Shown here: positions 58,373-64,000 of the stretch, piece by piece
How the letters are laid out: every line of letters starts with the position of its first letter
How positions within the stretch are numbered: position 1 is the first letter of the stretch
Source of the DNA: an uncultured Bdellovibrionales bacterium
GTDB taxonomy: Bacteria; Patescibacteriota; Minisyncoccia; Moranbacterales; UBA1568
Assembly: GCA_964580285.1 (NCBI GenBank)
Contig: CAZOKB010000005.1
Span: 221-64,220 of the forward strand
Length of the DNA stretch: 64,000 bases
Direction of reading: 5' to 3'
The notes under the pieces: generated by a model
Seen by the model: the letters and a program-made list of their open reading frames with translations, nothing else
What the model was told of the DNA's origin: nothing
Databases searched by the model: none
Made by a program: the position numbers and the translations under genes

Positions 58373-58765
58373 GTGTTTTACCGGTATACTAGGGATATCC
58401 AATTTGATAAATACACGTCTATGGCATTCGAAACAGTATTTTTAGAGGAACAGAAGAAGTGTTTACTGGAAGAGAAGGCTCGTTTGGAATCAGAGTTGAA
58501 TCGTTTTGCTAAACCAACAGATACCCAAGGAGACTTTGCAACGCAGATGGAAGATTTAGGCGAGGGTGAAGATGAGAGTGCTCTTGAAGTGGAAGATTAT
58601 GTTGATAATCTGGGCGTGGAGACAGCTCTTGAGAAAGAATTAAAGGACGTTCTAGATGCGCTGAAGAAGTTTGACACGGGTACCTATGGTATTTGTGAAG
58701 CATCGGGTAAAGAAATCGCACGGGAGCGGTTACAGGCGTACCCAGCAGCGAGAACGGCACTCTAG
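58373..58765 (+). CDS. DksA/TraR-like C-terminal zinc-finger-family protein (Cys ligands degenerate)
   Basis: Acidic coiled-coil N-terminus with a short C-terminal finger-like region; weak match. Confidence 0.35.
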   Translation: MFYRYTRDIQFDKYTSMAFETVFLEEQKKCLLEEKARLESELNRFAKPTDTQGDFATQMEDLGEGEDESALEVEDYVDNLGVETALEKELKDVLDALKKFDTGTYGICEASGKEIARERLQAYPAARTAL

Positions 58766-58770
58766 AAGGT

Positions 58771-59232
58771 ATGTTTACGGTTGTGAGACGGGCGATGCTT
58801 GGGCGGCGACGTGCTCTGGCATCGCTGTTCTTTTTATGTGGAGGAATACTCATAGATCAAGGTAGTAAGGCTTGGGCGGTACAAACTTTTGCTGGAGGGG
58901 TGATCTGTAACCCAGAGGGCGCCTGGGGTATCCCTGTGCCCAATTTTTTTTTACTGATGCTGTCTGGTGGGATAGGATGCTGGGTGGTATGGAAAGAGTG
59001 GCGACAGCCATCTGAGGGGTATGTGTGGATGCTCTTCGGGGCTGGAGCGATTGGAAATATGATAGATCGTTTTGTGTATGGGTGCGTGATCGATTTCATA
59101 TCCGTCTTTTCCTTTCCGGTTTTTAATGTGGCGGATATCTTCTTGACTCTGGGTGTGTGTTTGTTGGGAGCAGCTTTCTGGAAAGAGCATTCTTCTCAGA
59201 AGAGTAGAAGAGAGGCTGGTTCACTTAAGTAG
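58771..59232 (+). CDS. lspA: Lipoprotein signal peptidase II
   Basis: 153 aa; four TM helices; FNVAD motif. Confidence 0.85.
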   Translation: MFTVVRRAMLGRRRALASLFFLCGGILIDQGSKAWAVQTFAGGVICNPEGAWGIPVPNFFLLMLSGGIGCWVVWKEWRQPSEGYVWMLFGAGAIGNMIDRFVYGCVIDFISVFSFPVFNVADIFLTLGVCLLGAAFWKEHSSQKSRREAGSLK

Positions 59233-59245
59233 TGTGTTTAAATAT

Positions 59246-60766
59246 ATGCCTGCAACTGTATATTCTGCCGCTACCGTTGGTTTGGACGGAGTCCTCGTTG
59301 AAGTCGAGGCCGATGTTTTGCAAGCAGGATTACATGCCTTTACATTAGTGGGCTTACCTGATGCTGCTGTTCGTGAGGCACGGGATCGGGTGAGTGCGGC
59401 TTTGAAAAATTGTGGCTTCGATCCACCGCATCACAGTGGTCGGGTGACGATTAACTTGGCTCCAGCGGATCTTCAGAAAAATTCTCCGATGTATGATTTG
59501 CCGATCGCGCTGGCTTTTTTAAAAGCCACCGGACAGCTGCGTTTTGAGGAGAAAATGAAAATGTTTGTGGGAGAGTTATCCTTGGATGGCTCGGTGCGTC
59601 GCGTATCAGGAATACTTTCCATCGCTCTTTTTGCTCAGCATCAGGGCTTTGAGGAACTCTATGTTCCAGTGGAGAATGCTCGGGAGGCGGCTTTGATTCG
59701 AAACCTGCATATAATCCCGGTACCGAATCTTTTCGCGTTGGCCCAGCATCTTCAAGGGAAAGAAACTTTGTCTTTTTTTGAACCAGAACAGGAAACAGTA
59801 GTACGAGAAGAGTCACCGCATGATTTTAAGTTTATCTGTGGCCAGGAACATGCCAAGCGAGCACTGGAAATTGCGGCGGCAGGTGGGCATAATATCCTTT
59901 TTGTCGGGCCTCCGGGGAGTGGGAAAACGCTTTTAGCCCGAGCCCTCTCTTCTATTTTGCCAGCACTCGATTTTGAAGAGCGGCTCGAAGTGACAAAAAT
60001 TTATTCCGTCGCTGGGCGGACACAGCGCTCGGATCATTTGATGTACGAACAACCGTTTCGTTCGCCACACCACACAGCCAGTGCCGCATCGCTGATTGGC
60101 GGGGGGAGTTTTCCGAAGCCAGGGGAAATTAGTCTGGCCCACCGAGGAGTGCTCTTTCTGGATGAGTTTGCGGAGTTTTCGCGGTCGGTGTTGGAAAATT
60201 TACGAGAGCCGCTTGAAGAAGGCGTGGTGACGGTGTCACGTGTCAAAGGAGCCTTATCTTTTCCGGCTCGTTTTCTTTTGGTAGCCGCGATGAATCCCTG
60301 TCCCTGCGGCTATGCTGGAGACCCGGAACATGCCTGTTCTTGCTCCCCATATCAGGCACTACAGTATAAACGGAAGATCTCTGGACCGATTCTGGACCGG
60401 ATCGATCTTCATATCGAAGTGCCGCGGGTCAAGCTCGAAAAACTCCAAAGCTCTTTTGCTGGGGCGGAATCGAGCGAAGTGATACGAGAGCGTGTAGCAG
60501 GGGCTCGCGAACGGCAGCGTGAGCGGATGCAAGTATGGGGGAGAAAGACAAATGCCGAAATGGATGCCCGGATGCTGGAACAGTTTTGTGCTCTGGAGAA
60601 AAACGTACAAGCATTTCTCTTGCAAGCCGCACAGAGCTTCAAGCTTTCAGCCAGAGGGTATGGGCGAGTACTGAAAGTTTCTCGGACGATCGCGGATCTT
60701 TCAGGGGAAGAGAAGATTGATCTGTCGCACGTTACAGAAGCTTTGCAGTACCGTTTTCGAGAGTAA
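59246..60766 (+). CDS. comM: YifB/ComM-family Mg-chelatase-like AAA+ ATPase
   Basis: Walker A GPPGSGKT and a Lon-like N-terminal domain; internal ATG at 59246 preferred as the start. Confidence 0.85.
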   Translation: MPATVYSAATVGLDGVLVEVEADVLQAGLHAFTLVGLPDAAVREARDRVSAALKNCGFDPPHHSGRVTINLAPADLQKNSPMYDLPIALAFLKATGQLRFEEKMKMFVGELSLDGSVRRVSGILSIALFAQHQGFEELYVPVENAREAALIRNLHIIPVPNLFALAQHLQGKETLSFFEPEQETVVREESPHDFKFICGQEHAKRALEIAAAGGHNILFVGPPGSGKTLLARALSSILPALDFEERLEVTKIYSVAGRTQRSDHLMYEQPFRSPHHTASAASLIGGGSFPKPGEISLAHRGVLFLDEFAEFSRSVLENLREPLEEGVVTVSRVKGALSFPARFLLVAAMNPCPCGYAGDPEHACSCSPYQALQYKRKISGPILDRIDLHIEVPRVKLEKLQSSFAGAESSEVIRERVAGARERQRERMQVWGRKTNAEMDARMLEQFCALEKNVQAFLLQAAQSFKLSARGYGRVLKVSRTIADLSGEEKIDLSHVTEALQYRFRE

Positions 60767-60796
60767 TAGAAAAGAGAGGAATAATAAAGGGGGAAT

Positions 60797-61741
60797 ATGA
60801 GAAAAAATAGTTGGTGGATATGGATAATTATTTTCCTTGCACTTGTCTCTGGTGTGATATTTTTTTCTCGTGCCAAAAAATCTGTCGATTTCTTGAGTGG
60901 ATCTAAAGATATAGTACTCGTAGATGATTCTCTCTTTACGGAATACAGAGAAGTGCACGAGCGGACGGTGGGTGAATTTTTGGAGAGCCATCATGTCAAC
61001 CCACGCAAAGAAGACGTAATATATCCTGATCGTGACATGATGCTTTTTTCTGGTATGAAAATTATGGTGTTCCATGCCAAGGAGATGACGGTGACAGCAG
61101 ATAAGCAAGAGAAGACTTTTTATACGCAGGCCCCATCGATAGAGGAGGCTATTCTTGGAGAGGGAATCATGCTTGATGAAGATGATATCGTGAAGCCAGA
61201 TCGAGACAGGATAGTGAGTAATCGGATACAGGTAGCGATTACTCGAGTGGAGGTACGCGAAGAAACAAAACAGTCGGACATTCCTTTTGAAACGAAAGTC
61301 ACGGAAGATGAAAAGCTCTCCTGGAGAAAAAAAGTGACGACTCAAAAAGGTGAAAAGGGTATCAAGACGACCACTTATCGAGTAGCGTATCATGACGGAA
61401 AAGAAGTGAATCGACGGGTTATCAAAACAGAAGTTACGAAAGAGCCGGTACTAGAGGTGGTCACCCAAGGAACATATGTGCAGGTAGGCAAGAGTCATCG
61501 TGGGGGAGCTTCGTGGTATGCTTTTACCGGGACCATGGCGGCGGCTAACCCATGGCTTCCTATGGGAAGCTATGTGAAGGTTACGAATATGGATAATGGC
61601 AAATCGGTAATCGTAAAGATCAATGATCGCGGACCGTTCGTGCCCGGCCGTATCATCGACCTCGACAAAGTCGCTTTCCAAAAAATCGCTTCTATCGGGG
61701 CGGGGGTCATCAATGTGAAGATGGAGGAAATCACGAATTGA
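60797..61741 (+). CDS. YabE-like protein (DUF348/G5 plus C-terminal RlpA-like double-psi beta-barrel)
   Basis: 314 aa; N-terminal TM; C-terminal RlpA/3D-like DPBB motifs (GGASWYAF...NDRGPF). Confidence 0.7.
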   Translation: MRKNSWWIWIIIFLALVSGVIFFSRAKKSVDFLSGSKDIVLVDDSLFTEYREVHERTVGEFLESHHVNPRKEDVIYPDRDMMLFSGMKIMVFHAKEMTVTADKQEKTFYTQAPSIEEAILGEGIMLDEDDIVKPDRDRIVSNRIQVAITRVEVREETKQSDIPFETKVTEDEKLSWRKKVTTQKGEKGIKTTTYRVAYHDGKEVNRRVIKTEVTKEPVLEVVTQGTYVQVGKSHRGGASWYAFTGTMAAANPWLPMGSYVKVTNMDNGKSVIVKINDRGPFVPGRIIDLDKVAFQKIASIGAGVINVKMEEITN

Positions 61742-61908
61742 ATGTAGAATAGAGAATCTTGAATATCGAAAAAGAAAAAGCTTATCACTGAAAGCAAGAA
61801 GATATATGCGACATTGAAAAGTATTTTTGAGACGAACTGAGAGAGTCCAGAGTGATGTTTTTTAGAAACTTTTCAGGCCGAAAAATATAAAGTATAACTT
61901 CAGAAGAG

Positions 61909-62748
61909 GTGCTTATGGAACAAGTGAAAGCGAAGAAATCATTGGGGCAGAATTTTCTCAAAGATCCAGAAGTACTTCGATCTATTGTTGAGATTGCAGA
62001 GATTCAGGCGGTGGATCGAATACTAGAAATCGGACCAGGGACCGGAGCGCTGACAGAGGTATTAGCTGCAACAGGCGCGCAGGTGTTGGCGATCGAATTG
62101 GATCATCAGTTGGTGGAGCGGTTAACACAGCATTTTATAGAATCGGATAACGTCTCTATTCTTGAGGGAAATATCCTTGATGTTCACCTGGAAGAGTTTC
62201 TGGAGCATGCTGGTTACGAGTCGGGCCGATATAAAATTGTGGCCAATATACCGTACTATATTACGGCACCGATCATCCGAACGCTGCTCTCGCTCCGATC
62301 ACAGGCGTCGTCGATCACGCTTATGGTACAGGACGCCGTCGCGGACCGGCTCGCTGCGGCGCCTGGATCCCAGTCGTTGCTTTCGGTGATGGCACAATAC
62401 TATGCCGATGTCGAGAAGAAGCTCTTTGTATCGCGCGAGGCTTTTGATCCAGTGCCGGCAGTCGATAGCGCAGTGGTACACTTGGTACCGAAGCGCGTGT
62501 ATGATAGTCAGGAAGATCGGCGGGTCTTCCGGGTAGTGAGAGCAGGATTTTCTGCGCGGAGAAAAACGCTTGCCAATAACCTTGCTAACTCATTCCACTT
62601 GGATCGGAAGAGGGTGGAGGATATGTTTGCCTCGCTTGGCATAGAGCCGATGATACGGGCGCAGGAGCTCTCGGTGACTGAGTGGCGCTCACTCGCGGCC
62701 CTCGTAGAAAAAGAAATTGATGCGATACCAAAAGAGGGGGTGGTCTAG
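61909..62748 (+). CDS. rsmA: 16S rRNA (adenine1518/1519-N6)-dimethyltransferase
   Basis: 279 aa; the KKSLGQNFL motif and an SAM-binding fold. Confidence 0.9.
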   Translation: MLMEQVKAKKSLGQNFLKDPEVLRSIVEIAEIQAVDRILEIGPGTGALTEVLAATGAQVLAIELDHQLVERLTQHFIESDNVSILEGNILDVHLEEFLEHAGYESGRYKIVANIPYYITAPIIRTLLSLRSQASSITLMVQDAVADRLAAAPGSQSLLSVMAQYYADVEKKLFVSREAFDPVPAVDSAVVHLVPKRVYDSQEDRRVFRVVRAGFSARRKTLANNLANSFHLDRKRVEDMFASLGIEPMIRAQELSVTEWRSLAALVEKEIDAIPKEGVV

Positions 62749-64000
62749 AAGATAGCCCAAAGAAGTACTAGTCCGTAGAGAGCGATAATGCTGATCATGA
62801 TACCAGGAAGACGCCGGTAGGAAATCCACCGGTGTTTTTGTCTTGCAGCCTGCAGGACAAAGAAGCTGATACTTCCGAAGAAGAGAGCGGGCAGGAAAAC
62901 GAGTGGGAGGTGAAGAATAAAGGTGCTGGCAGTAAACAGGAGAAAGAAAATGCTTCCGAAAACGATACGAGCCCGTTCTTCACCGAGGAGTACAGGAAAG
63001 GTCAGGACTCCATCGGATTGATCGCCTTCGATATCCTTGAAATCTTTGAGAGGAAGAGCGGTAGCGTAGGCAATAAACAAGAAGAGAAGTAGTAAGGACG
63101 GAAAGGTGGAGAAATCATTCCTTGGAGTGATTGTGATATATCCCGAGAGGAGAATTATTACTCCGGCAGCCGCAGCTACAAGGGTAGCTATTCCCGGAAT
63201 ACGCTTGAGGCGGAGCGGGGGGGCGGAATACATCCAGGCGAGCGCTTGATAGATGAGAAGGAGGAGCGAAACAGAGAAGCTGATCAAAGCTGAGAAGAAG
63301 AGTGAACCAAAAAAGAAAAACCAACCAAGAGTGGCGAAGGTACCATGCTTGATGGTGCCGGTGATCAGTGGACGTCCAGTGTTTGTCTTTTGATCAATAC
63401 GGATATCAAAGCAGTCGTTCACAATGACCGAGGCAAGCCAGGCGCATTCGACCGAAGCAATAAGCAGGAGAACGCTAAGGAAGTGGAAACTATCCCATGT
63501 AATCTCAGGACTGGTGAAGTGCCAAGCGAGGAGACCACCGACGCAGAGGAGGCCGCCGTGGTAGATCAGTTGAGGGAGTCGGGCATTACGCCAGAGTGCC
63601 CAGAAAATCGGTCGGAAATGTATGAAGAGAAACTGAGCGAGGAGGGCAATCAGGATACAGGCATACCAAAGACTCATTTTCGTGTTGAGTGCGCTGCGTA
63701 TATCCGGAGCGGTCCGGGAAAAAAGTTTTGCAGGGGTTAAAAAGAGACCGGCAATATCGGTACTGCTGATGGCGAAGAGACCCTTCGAGAAGGCTTGGGT
63801 GAGAAGTGTTAGATAAGAAGGAAATGTCCCGAGAAGAAAGAGAATACTGTATGTGAGCAGGGCCGAAAGAAAGGCATGTCCGAGGCGTCTAGATTTCAAA
63901 AAGGCATAGAGACCGATACCGAGAGTAACGAGAACGACTTCGATACGCACGCCATAGGTGATTCCGACATCGGGCGTGTCTCCGAAAAGCGTGAAGAAGC
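62745..64000 (-). CDS. UbiA-family prenyltransferase, polytopic membrane protein; start may lie beyond the window end
   Basis: NDxxDxxxD (VIVNDCFDIRID) and DFKDIEGD motifs; the reading frame stays open to the window edge. Confidence 0.7.
   Translation of the reverse strand, partial: FFTLFGDTPDVGITYGVRIEVVLVTLGIGLYAFLKSRRLGHAFLSALLTYSILFLLGTFPSYLTLLTQAFSKGLFAISSTDIAGLFLTPAKLFSRTAPDIRSALNTKMSLWYACILIALLAQFLFIHFRPIFWALWRNARLPQLIYHGGLLCVGGLLAWHFTSPEITWDSFHFLSVLLLIASVECAWLASVIVNDCFDIRIDQKTNTGRPLITGTIKHGTFATLGWFFFFGSLFFSALISFSVSLLLLIYQALAWMYSAPPLRLKRIPGIATLVAAAAGVIILLSGYITITPRNDFSTFPSLLLLFLFIAYATALPLKDFKDIEGDQSDGVLTFPVLLGEERARIVFGSIFFLLFTASTFILHLPLVFLPALFFGSISFFVLQAARQKHRWISYRRLPGIMISIIALYGLVLLWAIF

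Overview
Most of this 64-kb window is the replication-origin neighbourhood and housekeeping genes of a small bacterial genome, possibly a Patescibacteria/CPR-like lineage (inferred from short ribosomal protein S1, an extended L19 and many small orphan genes). Three non-coding or accessory regions stand out.

Housekeeping content:
- The origin region is dnaA(-)/dnaN(-) with DnaA boxes, facing rpmH-rnpA-yidC-jag.
- There is a cell-envelope polysaccharide cluster: a sugar transferase, a flippase, two GT2 glycosyltransferases and two O-antigen-ligase-like proteins.
- Other recognisable genes are PBP1A, class I ribonucleotide reductase (nrdAB), sod and ahpC, rluD, rplS, ftsH-tilS-gmk-rpsA, gyrA, rpsO-NYN-pnp, yraN-lspA-comM, rsmA and a UbiA prenyltransferase.
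- There are ten tRNA genes.

The three regions of interest:
1. A 1.3-kb AT-rich, non-coding island (~38.9-40.1 kb) carries 17 copies of the ParB-binding parS palindrome, including two exact copies of the canonical TGTTTCACGTGAAACA. This is an unusually dense centromere-like array, with an internal ~125-bp duplication and an inverted partial copy.
2. Seven small orphan genes on the minus strand (2.2-6.1 kb) each end in a conserved, hairpin-rich 100-160 bp repeat (two module types). The run of six at 4.7-2.2 kb is driven by a consensus promoter and ended by a terminator module. This is a cassette-array architecture reminiscent of a chromosomal integron lacking the integrase (CALIN-type), but canonical attC core sites and intI were not found.
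3. A small GIY-YIG nuclease gene sits upstream of tRNA-Leu(GAG) with a 31-bp duplication of the tRNA 5' end, interrupted by a perfect 20-bp palindrome.

Other notable items:
- A 7TM protein plus two ATP-grasp ligases (one fused to a retropepsin-like domain).
- A long noncoding region with a consensus promoter and a 22-bp-stem hairpin, a candidate sRNA.
- A DnaA-box palindrome remote from oriC.
- A large inverted repeat between nrdA and nrdB.
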